A stretch of DNA of 64,000 nt from Lobosporangium transversale (GCF_002105155.1 NW_019028982.1:806001-870000); one strand, 5' to 3'. Positions 11,096 to 24,251 are shown, numbered from the stretch's first letter. Numbers and translations are program-made. The notes: generated from the letters alone by a model not told the origin.

Positions 11096-11240
11096 TTTTG
11101 AAATTATTACACTTACTGTCTTGGGTAGAAGAGGACACGTCGTACGACGGATCGTTGATGGTGGCGTCCTGCGGAGTTGTAATTTCCAAAGGCTCGGATC
11201 CAAGATCTAGATCCGCGCGAGATTTGGCGCAGTTGCCCAT
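8819..11240 (-). CDS. Low-complexity protein with a linker-histone H1/H5 (H15) winged-helix domain, 3 exons
   Basis: Exons ~11240-11117, ~10955-9949 and 9841-8819, with GTAAGT donors and AG acceptors. Splicing yields NYINMISRGIRTENKKEGSTRAFLKRYIECSF...HFKQAVRQGMDSGIF, matching the H15 pattern. A long acidic tract precedes it and a K/A/S/T/P-rich tail follows. Confidence 0.75.
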
Positions 11241-11986
11241 GATTTGATGGCAAGCGGTAAAGTAATGTGAAGGAATGTTGGAAGACTTTTATTTTATTTT
11301 ATTTTTTTTATTTTTTAATTTTTATTTTATTTTTTTTTTTTAAAAAAAGATGGTTTCAAGGTTGTTACACTGATTAGGTGAAAGCTGATTCTTTTTTTTT
11401 TTTTTTATGTTTTTATTTCTTCCTTTGCATTTATTAGAAAAAGAGAAAAGGGTCTTAAAAGGAAAGGAACCAATGTTTATATCAGACATCAGACATCAGA
11501 CAGCAGACATCAGATGATGGCTTTTTTTACTTTTGATATTTACTGGAGAACATCTTCGAAGCATCACTGTGGATACGTTTTTTTTTTTTTTTTTTTTTTT
11601 TTTCTTTCTCTTTTTCCCAAGACTAATTAATTATATATTGAATCCTGACATGCGCGGGGAATTAAAAAGACGGAAGAGAACTCGCTGTGGTATACAGTGT
11701 ACATGTGCACTGTGTATATAAAAAATGATATTACAAGTGTGTTGAGAGAGGACATTTTGCACATTCGTTCAGAGCAACGCAACAGTATCATCAGCAAATA
11801 ATAATAATAATAATAATATCCGATGGTCGCTTCTTAAAGAAAGAAATTGTGGTCTTTTTTTTTTTTTTTTTTTAAAAAAAATCCATCTTTCCCTTCCACT
11901 GAGTATCCACATACAAAGGGTATAATAACCGAGTGCGTGTATATAGTGTCTTTTATAGATATATATTTATTTCGTTTCTATTTTTG

Positions 11987-12319
11987 TTATTGGCTTCTTG
12001 CTGCACAGGATTGGGCCATGTTCTTCAACATTGAAGAACAAATCTCTTTGCTGTCTGGTGTACCATTGTCGCATGACGCAAACTTCGCCTCCGCCTCTAT
12101 TTTACATCTCTTGTAGGACTCTCTGTTCCTGATGTCCCTGGTATTCCTGAGACTCCTTTCCTCACTCCTGGTGACTATTCTGGCAGGGCTTTGATGAATC
12201 GCATCCACAGAAAGGGGCATAGGCATAGGTATAGTGTCTACATTCGTCTCACCAACAGAGAGTAGGCCAAGCACCATTAGAACAGAGATGAAAATGAGGT
12301 TGGAGCGGATAGTTTGCAT
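11987..12319 (-). CDS. Small secreted cysteine-containing protein/peptide precursor
   Basis: 110 aa ORF with a hydrophobic signal-like N-terminus, an Arg-rich pro-region ending in KR, and C-terminal C-x10-C-x10-C-x10-C. Confidence 0.6.
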   Translation of the reverse strand: MQTIRSNLIFISVLMVLGLLSVGETNVDTIPMPMPLSVDAIHQSPARIVTRSEERSLRNTRDIRNRESYKRCKIEAEAKFASCDNGTPDSKEICSSMLKNMAQSCAARSQ

Positions 12320-12951
12320 GTCTATCTGTATCTACGATCGTATGTCTTTTGCCTCTTTTTTTTTTTTTTTTTTTTTTCCTTGTGTGTAAAATGGCTACTC
12401 AAGGACTGAGGATGGGTAAAAGAATATTTTGAAAAGTAAAAGAAAAGAGAAGAGAGAGAGAGAGAGAGCTTTTACCATATTTAAAGGGATTCCCATTTGG
12501 ACCCAATTGTAAATGATCTCTTTTATATCCCATTCCTGAGAAAAAACATCAAAAATAAAAGCATTGACCATTTCAGACAATTAACGTTCTATTAAGATTT
12601 GTCAATGTGTCAATGACAGTAGAATTATTATGATTGGCAAGAGCTCTGTGATACTTCAGAACACATACTTCAACGGTCTCTCTCCTTTTTTTTACGACAA
12701 TGAGTGTGTGCCACCAAATAAAGCCTCCTTGCTCTTGGTCATCTCTCAATTATTTGTCAATTACATATATATCCTGATGGCTCTTTCAAACGCCAACTCC
12801 TAGTTTATTTATTATTTTCAATGCTTGAGTATGGTGAGTGAGAGTATGAATGTGCAGGTATGCGAGTGGAGAGTGGAGAAGAGGGGAGAGGGCAGGTATG
12901 GAGGAAAAAAGCTAAAGTAATGTATAATAAGCAAATTGATTTTTTTTTTTT

Positions 12952-15214
12952 TTACAATTCAGACAAAAGCTTGCTATAAAGCTTGAGACCGCTCTGGATA
13001 ATCTGCTTCTCTCCCACGGCGCAGACTTCGCCATAGTATGCAGGGCCGGTAAGACCCGACTTCTTCAATGCTTCCAGATCATCCTCGGCCGAGGTCTGAT
13101 CTGAGACCTTGTAGGCATCTGCACGAAGGTGGATCACCTTGAGAATAGCCTCCAACACAGCCTTGCGAATCCTGCGGCCAGTCTCGTCCAGAGGCTTCAC
13201 CTCGGGCTTGGGTTCCTCCTCATCCTCCTCAAGGCCATCCTCCTCCTCAAGAGCGCGACGGAGGAAGATGTCGTTGAAGTACTCTGTGGCAACCTCCAAG
13301 CTATCCTGAATCTTTACAAACTGATCCTTCTCCATGAAAATGACGTTCAGCAACATCAACAGACGGTCATCGATTGTTCCGTCGTGCATCATATACATGA
13401 TATCACGAGGGAAGTCATCCTCGTCCTCTTCCTCTTCCTCTTCCTCTTCATCAGAGTCATCATCCTCAGCCTCCTTCTTCTCATGTGTATGAGCGTGGCT
13501 GTGCCCATGCTCGTGATCGTGATCATGATCATGATCATGGTCACCGCCGCAGCAACCATCCTCCTCAGGATCATCTTCGCTAATGAAGGTATCCTCATTT
13601 TCCAAGAACCAGTTGAGACGTTCCTCCACAAGAGCCTCGTCACCAACGATTGCAAGGGCGGTCTTCTTGACCATGTCAATCTGAATGGTGGCAGTGTCAT
13701 GGGCATTGTCGATCTCTGCAAAGCCATACTTGGACAGGAAGATCTTGTTGGGGAAGGGGCCGTAGTGACGAGTAATCTCTTCACCCTTTTTAACATCCTC
13801 ATCCAAGATGATGTCGCATGTGTCATTGATCTCGTCCTCCCAGTCTTCATCATCGCTGTCCTCCTCATCGTCGTCACTACCGCTCTGGGCCTTTTTGGCA
13901 GCAGCGCGCTTCTTGCTTGCACCAGATAACTCGGGTGCCTCTTCATCATCCTCCTCCTCATCTGAATCAAGCTCATCCAAGTGCTCGCACGAGAGGGCAC
14001 CACAGATATCACAGACATCCTCATGGGTCAAATAGTCAGAGTTGGGCTCGGCTTCGTGGTTCACTCTATAGACACAAAAATAAAAACAAACATTTAGTTT
14101 TGTCATCATTAAAGATTGGATGTAAAGACAAGATGGTAGGTTCATGTACAACTTACAGGTCAGCAAAAGGGACAAGGGCAGAGACATGGAAGTTATCGAC
14201 ATCCATAGCACGAGAAGAAACATGGGCGGTCATGAGCCTGAAGTGCTCAAAGGAGAAGAAACGTTCCTTGACTTCCTCTGTAAAGATGTCGGGGTGCTTG
14301 GCGAGAAAAGGGATTACAATCGAGTCATAGTCCTCACGCATGTCCTTCTGTAGAAGATGAATCAATGAGGAAAAAAAAAAGAAAATCAAGTCAGTATTAT
14401 TATTATTATTTTTTTTTTTTTGGCAAAGACAACAACGTAAAGGGCGTTGTGTGATTGCCGTGTATCGTCATTGTTAGACAAAAATAGGAAGAACACATGG
14501 TCTTGTTCAACTGCTTCTGGTTCACAACTGAGGCAAACGATCATACTTTTGTGTGTGGCGAATAAAAAAAATAAAAAACAAAAACAAATACAATAGCAAA
14601 CAAACAAACACATACAACATATCCTTTTTTTTTTTTTTTTTTAAAGAGAAAAGAAAAAAACGACTTACAAGGTCAGTCTCGATTTCGCCATAGACTTCAG
14701 ATTTCTTCATGATCTCACGAACATCTTCAGAAAGATCGGAGGCGATGAAGGGACGACGACTGTCCAACAATGAGAGGTAGACAGACCAGAGAGAGTCCTT
14801 TCCTTTGGAATGCTCATACATGCATGCGAGGGTCAGGCCAACATAGCCCTCAATATCCTCCTCTTCCAACAAGTTGGCGATGCCGGTGGACCGAACAGAC
14901 AGGACAATTGTCTTTGGTACCTGGATCGCTGTTTTTTATGTATATATTTTTTTTTATGCCGAGGAGAAAAAAAAAAAAATTGGATTGAGTAAACTGGAAT
15001 ATTGAAAGACAAAAAAAAAAAAAAAAGTGCTTTCTACACAGTCGATAGAAAGGGGTGGACAAGATGTTTTACCTTCATAACCAGCCTGGAGATCCTTTTT
15101 GGCATAGATCCCGAGACCGTGTTTGCCTTCACGGATCTCGATGGCATCACGGTCCCAATGAATCTCATTCTCTTCAGCCCAAGCAAGGAATGCATTCAGA
15201 TCTGATGCAGACAT
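12952..15214 (-). CDS. SET-domain N-lysine methyltransferase (SETD6/Rkm4-like), 4 exons
   Basis: Exons ~15214-15073, 14928-14669, 14347-14157 and 14065-12952. Motifs GLGIYAKKD, SSRAMDVD, LVPFADLVNH and GEEITRHYG..N..LSKYGF, with acidic and His-rich insertions. Confidence 0.9.
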
Positions 15215-16103
15215 TGTGAATTATAAAAAATGAAGTGAAAATAAAAATAAAAAAAGGAATGAGGTGTGAATGAGCAGAAATAGAGAGAAGAAGGAAAGGA
15301 AGAATAAGAGAGACAGGAGAGGCAAGAGAGAAGCAGGAAAAAGAAAAAAGGAAAAAGAAAGAGAAAGAGAAAAGAGTGCAAGAGTATAAAAGTAGGAAGC
15401 AAAAAAGGGAATGAAAAGACGACAGCGTAAACACACACACTTTCTTTTTTTTTTCTTTTTGTTTGTTTGTTTATTTTTTATAGTTTTTATTTTTTATCGT
15501 TTTTATTTTTTATTTTTTAACGTTCAACTGATGGGGATAGAATGAGTAGAGTGAATGAAGGTAAATTCAAAAGACATGCTCTTCTTCCTTCCTTTTTAAC
15601 CTTTTTTATTTTCTTCTTTTTTCCTTTTTTATTTTCCCTTTTTATTTTTATTTTTATTTTTATTTTTATTTTTTATTCCTTGTTCTTTGTCCTTTGTCCT
15701 TTGTCCTTTGGTGGTTGCACGCGTCTTGTGGATAAAAAATCAAATCACACATCATTTTATATTCAAATCAACTTCAAACCAAAAGCGCTTTTGCTTTGCT
15801 TGTTTGCTTTGCTTTGCTTTGCCTTACTTATTTGTTTGCTTGTCTGCATGCTTGCATATGGTGAATAGGAATGTGTGGAATGTTGCCATCTGTGTGAATA
15901 TCTTGCCTGGCATTCCTCATTTCTCAACTTTCGATGGACGATAAGCTTTTTTTTTTTTTTTTTTTTTTTTGTGTCTGGACTACCGATATCTTTCATTCTT
16001 TTAAACTTCCATTAAATACTAGTCTGCATTAGGCTAATACATTTTTTTTCCCTTCTTTTCTTTTTTTAATAAGATCATCCTTACTAAGCATCACTGTGTT
16101 CAT

Positions 16104-16887
16104 CTATTTACGACCCCAGATCGTTCCAAACCATCCACTAGAGGATTCACTCTGTTGACGAGGATGGCCTGCTCTTTCTGCCAGTGCATCATGGTTATAA
16201 TCCATGTGATTGAAGGCAATATCAAAGAACAGTGGTTTAGCCGGGATCGCCTGCAGTGTCGGCGGGAAATCAACTAGATGGGGTACCAATGGGTTACTCT
16301 TCGATGTAATCGATGTTGGATACGTATCCAAATGCTTGATCAATGCAGGCTAAAAAAAAAAAAAAAAAAAAAAAAAAACGTGATCCAATTCCAGTTGATT
16401 CGAACCGGTCATTAGTCAATAACGTCTATATCCTTTTTTACAAACAAACCAAAGCAATGAAATTATACAAAAACACATGATGTATACCTCATCCAACGAC
16501 TTGTCATTCAAGTCCATAGACGACAGCTTCTCCTCAAGACTTTCTTCTTGTCCATGTTCCAAATACCATGCCGCATGCACCTGACATTTCCTGCCCCGGA
16601 TCTTGCTCTCCATTTCCTTCAACTCTTCCTCGGTCACATAAAACGAATCAGCCTCATGTTTCCCAATCGTCCTTCCGAGTTCGCTACGGATCTGTGTGGC
16701 ATAGCTCTGTGCACGATCAAACAATGCAATGGCCTCAACATGACGTGACAGCTTAAAGTACGCAGTCGCTGTGAAAAAGCATCGCCAGCCCTTGTAATAC
16801 AATAACGCCCTCTCCACCTTCCTCGACAATTCCACATCCGCTGCAACTCCTGGAAGCTCTTGAATAGCTGCCAGATTCTGAAATTTC

Positions 16888-16919
<32 letters not shown>

Positions 16920-17291
16920 GGTTATACGTTAGTGTCCTGCTTGCAATAAAAAAAAAAATCTTTAAACGATCAGTCTAGCATGAATTTTACCTGCACCACG
17001 TTATCATATGCCTTCACAAGGTTTTGATATTGAACATCCTCGTTCCGATCCGCCGTTGTCTCCTTTCCTTCAAGCCTGTTATAGATATCCTTAGCAAGGA
17101 ACAAGTTTCGCTCGATCGTATGTCTGAGACTCGAGTAGCTGATGTAACTCGCAATCATGTTCAGTTCCGCTGTATTCTGCTCTGATTTTGAAGACCTGAC
17201 CCTAGCTGCTGCAACCTATTAAAATACCCAAAATCATAAACATTTTTTCCTTTTGTATCAGTAAACAAGCTGAATATGATCTGTTGCTATC

Positions 17292-17340
<49 letters not shown>

Positions 17341-18608
17341 TAAAAAAAAAAGCCATCGATTGGAGTCAGCAGCCAACTTACAGCATCCTCTTTGAGCGCC
17401 TTCTTGATATGTTTCTCTGCTTCAGCATACGCCTGCAAAACCTTGTCAAATTTCTCCAACTTCGCCTCCTTGGACGCTCCCTCCACATGACTGAGCTCTG
17501 CAGCAGTCTCCTGCGCTTTAAGGATAGCAGTCGCCAGCTTAGGATCCTTCAACGGTAACTGTTTTGATCTCCAGGTGATCGAATGCAAATCCTGGGCTCT
17601 CGCCTGTCGTGTCTGGCCAATAAGATGTTCAATCTCACGCATCAACACATCTGATCCGGATCCTTTATTCACCGCTGACATCTTGACAAGCTCCTCCACG
17701 TCCACAACACCATCCTTGGAAAGACGAAGACGGTATCCACAGAATTTGATATTCGGATCAATCTCGTCCATCGCAGCATGACAAAGTGCTTCCTGATGAG
17801 ATGTCCCTGCGAGAGAGAGTTTGTCATAGATGGCCCGTGCAGCAGAGAACTTCTCAAGTGCACCCTGCCATTGTTGAGCCTGAAAGAGCACATATCCAGA
17901 CATGAGTGCAGCATATGCTTGGGCATCCAATGCAGTCCTAATATCCACCATCCCTGTCTTGGCTGAACAGATTTCTTCCAATTGTTGAGCGAACTTTGCA
18001 GCCTTCTTTAGCCGGTTCATGTAGTGGCTCTGCTTGCGACTGTCATCCAATGCGACTGAAAGTCCCTTGATCTCCATGGCATAGCCCCAGGCACGCTCCG
18101 CCTGGAAGAGTAACAGATGTAAATACCTGTAGATCGAAAAAAAAATCCATTAATGAGTAGAGCATTAGATGAATATTGACTTATCCTTTTCTCTGCCTTC
18201 CCCTTCTCCCCTCCATTCTATTCAAAGGGGCTTTTGCAATGACATTGTCATGTAAGCCATACTTTTCATCAGTCACAGTTTCAGCAGTGATAGGACGAGC
18301 AACAAAGCTTTTATCTTTCCCATGGGTGAATCCGAGGGTCTTCCTGATTCTGTGAAGTCTTTGCGTACAATGGTGTCTGTACCGGCCATACTCCTGACGA
18401 CGCAATCCATACGCGTTTCTAGCTTCGTTTGTGAGCGACAAGACTGATTTTGGATACACATTTGAAAGAAAAAAAAAAAAAATTAGTTAGTTACGGGATC
18501 ACGAACCGATATCATAATTGCTTTTCCCTATAACTCAAAAGACCAAAACACGTTACTATCGAGCACGAAGGGTGCACCAGACTTGGCCTTGGGTTGATCC
18601 ACGTCCAT
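16104..18608 (-). CDS. SRP68: Signal recognition particle subunit SRP68, multi-exon
   Basis: Motifs YGLRRQEYGRYRHHCTQRLHRIRK, LFQAERAWGYAMEIK and the C-terminal LVDFPP.LQAIPAKPLFFDIAFNH. Introns have GT-AG ends; ATG at 18608 (MDVDQPK). Confidence 0.93.
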
Positions 18609-18970
18609 GAGAATTCCTGTTTAGATGAGATCAGCTAATGGTCAGGAGGTGGAAAAACAAACAAACAAACAAACAAACAAAAAGGTCCTTTCCTTCTTAT
18701 TACAAAGTTGTTGGAAAGCCTTTCAAAGAGCCCTGATCCGTAGCTCTGCTGTATTTTTTTTTTTTTTTTTTTATTCTTGCCTTTGAAAGTTTATATTAAA
18801 TGTGCAAGAGGATTGAACTTGATGAATGAATTTACTGATGACACATTGCTCAAAAAACTGCAATTCTGAAATTTGCACGTGATATGCCCATATTTGGTGG
18901 CGTTTTTTTTTTTTTTCCTCCTTTGTAGTTTTGAGCTTTAGCATAGATCCCTAACTACATATTATCATAA

Positions 18971-19001
<31 letters not shown>

Positions 19002-20432
19002 ACCAACCAACAGACAGAAGAATCAAGCTATCCAGCAATTAATCAAGACCGAAATGTATAAAAAATGACTGGTGACTATCTCTATCCCCAAAGACAAATT
19101 CTCGCTGGCTTCGTTTCGTTAAAATGGCCACACACACCCAAATTGTTCTTCTACATAAAAGGCCCAACTCTTGACAGCAAAGAAGTCACCGAAAATAAAA
19201 TAAAATAAAACAAAATAAAATACATGTAAAATAAAATAAAATATGTCGGGCAGTGCTCTGTGGCTGTGTACGTTTGGAAGTCCCTCTTTTACTTTTTTAA
19301 AATACGAATTTGAGATACCGTTTAGGTGATCTAAAAAAGAATTTCTTAATTTAAACCGATCATATGAACAGAAAAAAACTTAGCCCAATTCAATTCACTG
19401 GAAGCTCCTGCATCTTGAGACATTTGTAGTTTTGTAATGGCACAAGGAAAAAAAAAAAAAAAAAAAAAAAAAAGACGAGCATGAAAACATGAATAATCTG
19501 CATATGAACTTTACTCACACAAAGAGACGGAGAAACAGAGGGAAAAGAATGAGACAGAAGGAGAGAAGGCCGAGAAAGAGATGAAGAAGCAAAGAAAGAC
19601 GTGGAGAAAGAGAGAAAGAGAGAAATGAGAGAAATGAGAGAAATGAGAGAAATTGAGGGAAAGAAGAGAGATGAGCTGGAATAGAGATAGATAGAAAGAG
19701 GGATAGAGACAAAAAGAGCGCCCTTTCGTTGGCTGAACGAAGGAAAATGCACCACCTGCCAACCTCTACCAGAAGCTCAATCCTTTCCCTCATTAACATT
19801 CTGAAGATGATTTTTGAAATCATCAAGTGTTAACGCTGGATAATTTATAAATTTTATAAATTTTATTTTTTTTATGACAATGTAGGACTCATGGGGTGCA
19901 TGTAAAGGTGCTAAAGATTCTGAACACAAGCTATGGAGAGGGACCATTCAGCAAGTTGTCTACTGCCGCAAGTTTTGATGACTAGAAAAAAGAGAGGGCT
20001 TCAATGGCATTGAATTTAGCCGTTAGACATGTAATCAGAGAATGAGGAAAGGGGGTGCATTCTCCTTTTGGAGTGATAGCATCAGCTGAGAGTACTAAGC
20101 GTTGGCTGTGGTGTTTGCTAAGGTATGAAGAAGATCAAGGCACAGCCTGTCTAACAATTAAAGAGCCCGTGATATGCATGTAAATGTGGTCTGGGCTTTG
20201 TGATTGGGTGGCACCAAGCCTACTCCAACGCCAACACCAATCGCCACGACCTGACAGGAGTCGAGGGTAATCATAATTTATAAAAATTGAAAGGTTGAAG
20301 ATAAATATAAATAAACAAATGCTCCACTCTCATCTCCCCATACCTCTGTCTCCCCAAGTCTATCAATTGGTTCGCATACAAATGTTCACTCACCAATCTT
20401 TAGTAACTTTTCCATGCATCAAGAAAAAAATA

Positions 20433-21146
20433 ATGGAAACGGCGATTTCATCAAGGTACTTATTAATAGGTTCCTTGGCACAGGCGATAGCGATCCTGAT
20501 CGTCAAAATGGCCCAAGGGCAGTAGCACGCGATAATTCTGGCGATCTCGCTTTGATGGGACAACAAACATCTACCGGGGAGGAGGACAGCATCAAAAGAA
20601 GACAATTCAGTATCGCAAATTCGTCGGAGCAGCCATGAGCACGGAAGACTCGTGGAAAGGGAAATAGATTTACGCACCCATCACAATATCTCCTGGCATG
20701 CTGGGGCAAGGCCAAATAGGAATAGTATCCTGGAAGACAATGTGGTATTGAGGCAGTTCATCAACTCACAGTTTGACAAGAAAAGAATTGGGGAAAGCAT
20801 TGTGAGATTACGAGACTATGTCATCTCTCAGGTTTATCAGGATAGAAGTGCGCCAGACTTGTCGTCAATGCAGACACCTGAAGGGTCTTGGCCATGGAAA
20901 GATGAATTGTTCTCGTATATGGGCCTCATTCCTGCGATTGTTGCAGCTACAATGGAGATCCAAGACACAGAATCACTCTCGGCGACAATTGCAGCGACAG
21001 TTGTAGTGATAAGGTACTTTAAATCTATTGAAGGGGAAAATGGCGGCCTATGGGTTTACACGTATCGAGCGTCCAGCTGGCTGGCAGAACAAATAGAGCC
21101 AAGCCAACTTGCAACCCTCTTGGATCAAGCCGGTGATCTATTTTAA
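20433..21146 (+). pseudogene. Array-2 paralog (stand-alone VWA5A/PARP4 C-terminal-like domain) with disrupted N-terminal part
   Basis: The C-terminal domain SMQTPEGSWPWKDELF...RASSWLAEQIEPSQLA is intact. The N-terminal family sequence (LGTGDSDP) lies in a different frame that ends at TGA 20636-20638. Confidence 0.65.
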
Positions 21147-21985
21147 TGATGAAAGATAAAAAGCAATAAAGATCTGCATTAAATTGACAAGGAAGGTCCA
21201 AAATGAACTGAGTAATAGCAATGCTATAAACAGTAAAATACATACGATAATGAATCTCCTTCACTAAAAGCCTGCTATTTAAGCAAGCAAATACGCCACA
21301 TCCTTATTTTCGCTTTCAATTTGATAAGTATTGAGAACACGCTAATGTTTGTTTTTATCGAGTGCTGCAGCGCAGCATGTTTCACATTAATTTAATTCCC
21401 CTTCACAAAATCAAAAGTATCTCTTCAACTCTACCATCCAATCAAATGCTCTAATCTTTTTTTCCAAGGCGCAGCTCACCCTATTCTGTTTATTTTCCAT
21501 CTCGTCCTGCCACCCTCTGCTGTTTAGTCCAAAACTACAGGCCCATCTATCTTGTCAACACTACATAAGCTTTGGAAGGAAAAGAGAAGGAAAGAAATCG
21601 AAGGAGATGAAGCCAATAAAGGAAAAGAGGCAGGGGATCAATTAATAACATTTGCAAACAGTGGACAAGATTAGAATGAGAGCCTCGTCTCATAAAGTAA
21701 TATTTTCTTTTTTTTTTTTTTTTTTTTCCTTTTTCCTTTTTCAGAGACAATGGTTCTCACCGTCTATTGTGCATGTAAATATTAAAATATGTCTCTTGGC
21801 AAGGACCAATGTTTAATCGAAACAGTCAACAGCAACAGCTGCCATGATCTGATAGAATTTTCATTTATAAAAGAGGTATTTCATAAGCCCTCCTTCATTT
21901 CTTTCCTTTCTTTGTTTATTTTTTTCCTGGTCTTCATATCTACATATCTCCGCTTATTATTCCTGTCCCTTCAAGTCTAAAAAAA

Positions 21986-22756
21986 ATGGAGACACACTCA
22001 CAAGAAGTACGAGAAATAAAGGAAACACTGGCGTATATAGAGAATGGGACCACCGTAAGAGTTAGTGTAATACTGAAGAGATTTCTCAGTTCTCAAATCA
22101 AACTCAGCAGTCAAGCTTCGGAAGGACACGACAATCCTTGGGACTCTAATGTCTTCGACCCTCAAGTAGATGAGGAGACCACAAATATGAACAACATTCT
22201 TGGGACTGGCGAAAGCGACCCCAATAACCATAATGACCAAAAAACAGCAGAACGAAATACTTCTTGGGGTTCAGGCCTCATGGGACCGCAAACACTCAGC
22301 ATGAAGAACGACAACGCCAGAGAAGGCAAATCGGTATTGCCAATGGACCAGATCCAATACGAAGAAACTAAACCGATAATTAAGTCTATGAACAGTATCC
22401 AGGAAGGGACTAAGATATTACGACGGTGTGTCATTGAAATTTGTCAAGAAAGAGGCACGTTAGACTTGCTGTCAATGCAGACCTCTGAAGGGTCTTGGCC
22501 ATGGAAAGAAGAACTGTTCTCGTGTATGGGTCTCATCCCTACGATGGTTGCAGCTACAATGGAGGTCCAAGATACAGAATCACTCTCGGCGATAGTTGCT
22601 GCAACCGTAGTAGTGATAAGATACTCTGAATATTTCACAGGAGAAGATGGCAATCTATGGGACGCTTACACGAGTCGAGCGTCCAGCTGGTTGGCAGAAC
22701 AAACAGAGCCAAGCCAACTTGCAGGCCTCTTGAACCAAGCTGGTGATCTGTTTTAA
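21986..22756 (+). CDS. Array-2 paralog: disordered N-terminus plus VWA5A/PARP4 C-terminal-like helical domain
   Basis: 256 aa intronless ORF containing LLSMQTSEGSWPW...AATVVVIRY...W..YTSRASSWL. Confidence 0.82.
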   Translation: METHSQEVREIKETLAYIENGTTVRVSVILKRFLSSQIKLSSQASEGHDNPWDSNVFDPQVDEETTNMNNILGTGESDPNNHNDQKTAERNTSWGSGLMGPQTLSMKNDNAREGKSVLPMDQIQYEETKPIIKSMNSIQEGTKILRRCVIEICQERGTLDLLSMQTSEGSWPWKEELFSCMGLIPTMVAATMEVQDTESLSAIVAATVVVIRYSEYFTGEDGNLWDAYTSRASSWLAEQTEPSQLAGLLNQAGDLF

Positions 22757-23174
22757 AGATTGTATAATAAAATAAAATGGTCAAAGCAAGCAGGCAATCC
22801 CATACTTCCTGGCTCAATGATCTTCTCAATATTGACTACAGAAAAGAGCAAAGAGTTAGACAGCGCATTGTAGCTATGCGTTCTTTTGTTGTTGTCAGAT
22901 ACGCGCTTGGTATTGTACTCGGTTTAACATTATGAAGAAAGCAAATGAATTGGTTGATATATGTATATCCCCAAAGAGCAAAGAACCGTATTTTTCTAAG
23001 TGGAAGCGTTGGTTACGAATATTCTCTGCCCTCTTTTCATCTCTCTGCCTGACTAGACTACCACAGTTGGTTGATCTCTATCAAGTACACGCCGTTCGGG
23101 CTATTTTTTTTTTTTTTTTTTTTTTTTTCCTTAATCTGTTATTGTTGTTTTTACACCTCAATATGCAAGCTTTC

Positions 23175-23690
23175 CATTTCCATTACAAAATTTTATTTCA
23201 TTAGAAATGCACTCATGGTAAAGTTATATTTCCTTGTTATCCATGTCTTGGTATCATAGCTTGGCGCACGAAAAACAGGGAAAAGAACGCCGTCCATTCC
23301 GCCGAGCATCTTCGGAAAGCCTTTTTCCTCTCTGGAATAGCGGCGTATCACTTCCTTCTGCTCGGAATTGGGTCAGACGACAAACCGAGATGCTAACTCT
23401 GCATGCAATGGCTTTGACACCCCTCGATGTATAGTTATGGAAACTACCGCGGCCAACACTGGAAAGCAGTACCACCATAGCAATTGACACGCCAGAAGAG
23501 CCAAGGAGCTTTAAAAATCATATCTGCAAGCACTTTGCAATTTGTAAGGTAGTTGCTTCCCTGGACGAGCTCCAACAAAAGGTCGAATTGGACCCGAGAG
23601 ACATGCAAAATGTCAAAGTGGTTGGACGTGTATTGGCCGAGCACTCTATCACGAATGTCGATTGAAAATGAGATAGGGAGACGTGATCTA
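23175..23690 (-). mobile_element. Decayed PIF/Harbinger DDE transposase fragment
   Basis: Minus-strand frames give HVSRVQFDLLLELV, LKLLGSSGVS...VGRGSFHNYTSRGVKAI and KGFPKMLGGMDGVLFPVFRAPSYDTKTWITRKYNFTMSA. These match the Harbinger pattern GFP..IG.IDG...P......Y..RK. The fragment is frameshifted and truncated. Confidence 0.75.
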
Positions 23691-24251
23691 AAATATCAAC
23701 TGTTTCTTATTTTATCATGGGGTTGATTATATTTCTCAATAGCCTCGAGTTTTTTCTTTGGAGAAAGGATGTCAGATTGCAATGTATCTCGGCACTCTCC
23801 CTCGCAATTCAACAGGAGGTGTTGCTTTTCATTCGATTGAGGCGGGTTTCAATGAAGAAGTGAGAATAACAGTGGGAGCACATTGTTGTAGTGGAATGGG
23901 GCGTGGGAGCGGGGGAAAAGAAAAAAGAAATTCGAAGATGAGAAAAACCTTAATTGTATTCAAAAATTGTATTTGGCTGTGCTATTCGTATCACATTTTC
24001 GACAATCTACAATCTACAATCTCCAGAATTGAGAAGCCCCTGGAAAATTGTTAATCAACTTGCATTCTGGGGGACTAAAAACAATCTTGGATATTGCTTC
24101 GCCATAATTTAAGCATTGACCTAATCTAGAATATAAACAAAAAAGAATTTATGTATATCATCCCCTTTTTCATTTCTTTCTTTATCCATTTTTCCTTTAA
24201 TGTCTCCATTTATCTTTTCTATCTCCAAAAAATACAAAATAAAAATACAAA

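Noticed and set aside
13129..14024. 266 aa plus-strand and 211 aa alternative-frame ORFs
   Set aside because: Shadow frames of the SET methyltransferase's acidic exon; no independent motifs.
15174..15996. Several Phe/Leu-rich 'membrane protein' ORFs
   Set aside because: Artefacts of purine/pyrimidine- and poly-T-rich promoter/UTR sequence.
19390..19826. Hydrophobic ORFs with ISL repeats
   Set aside because: They arise from a GA-rich tract with short gagaaatga tandem repeats; no coding signature.
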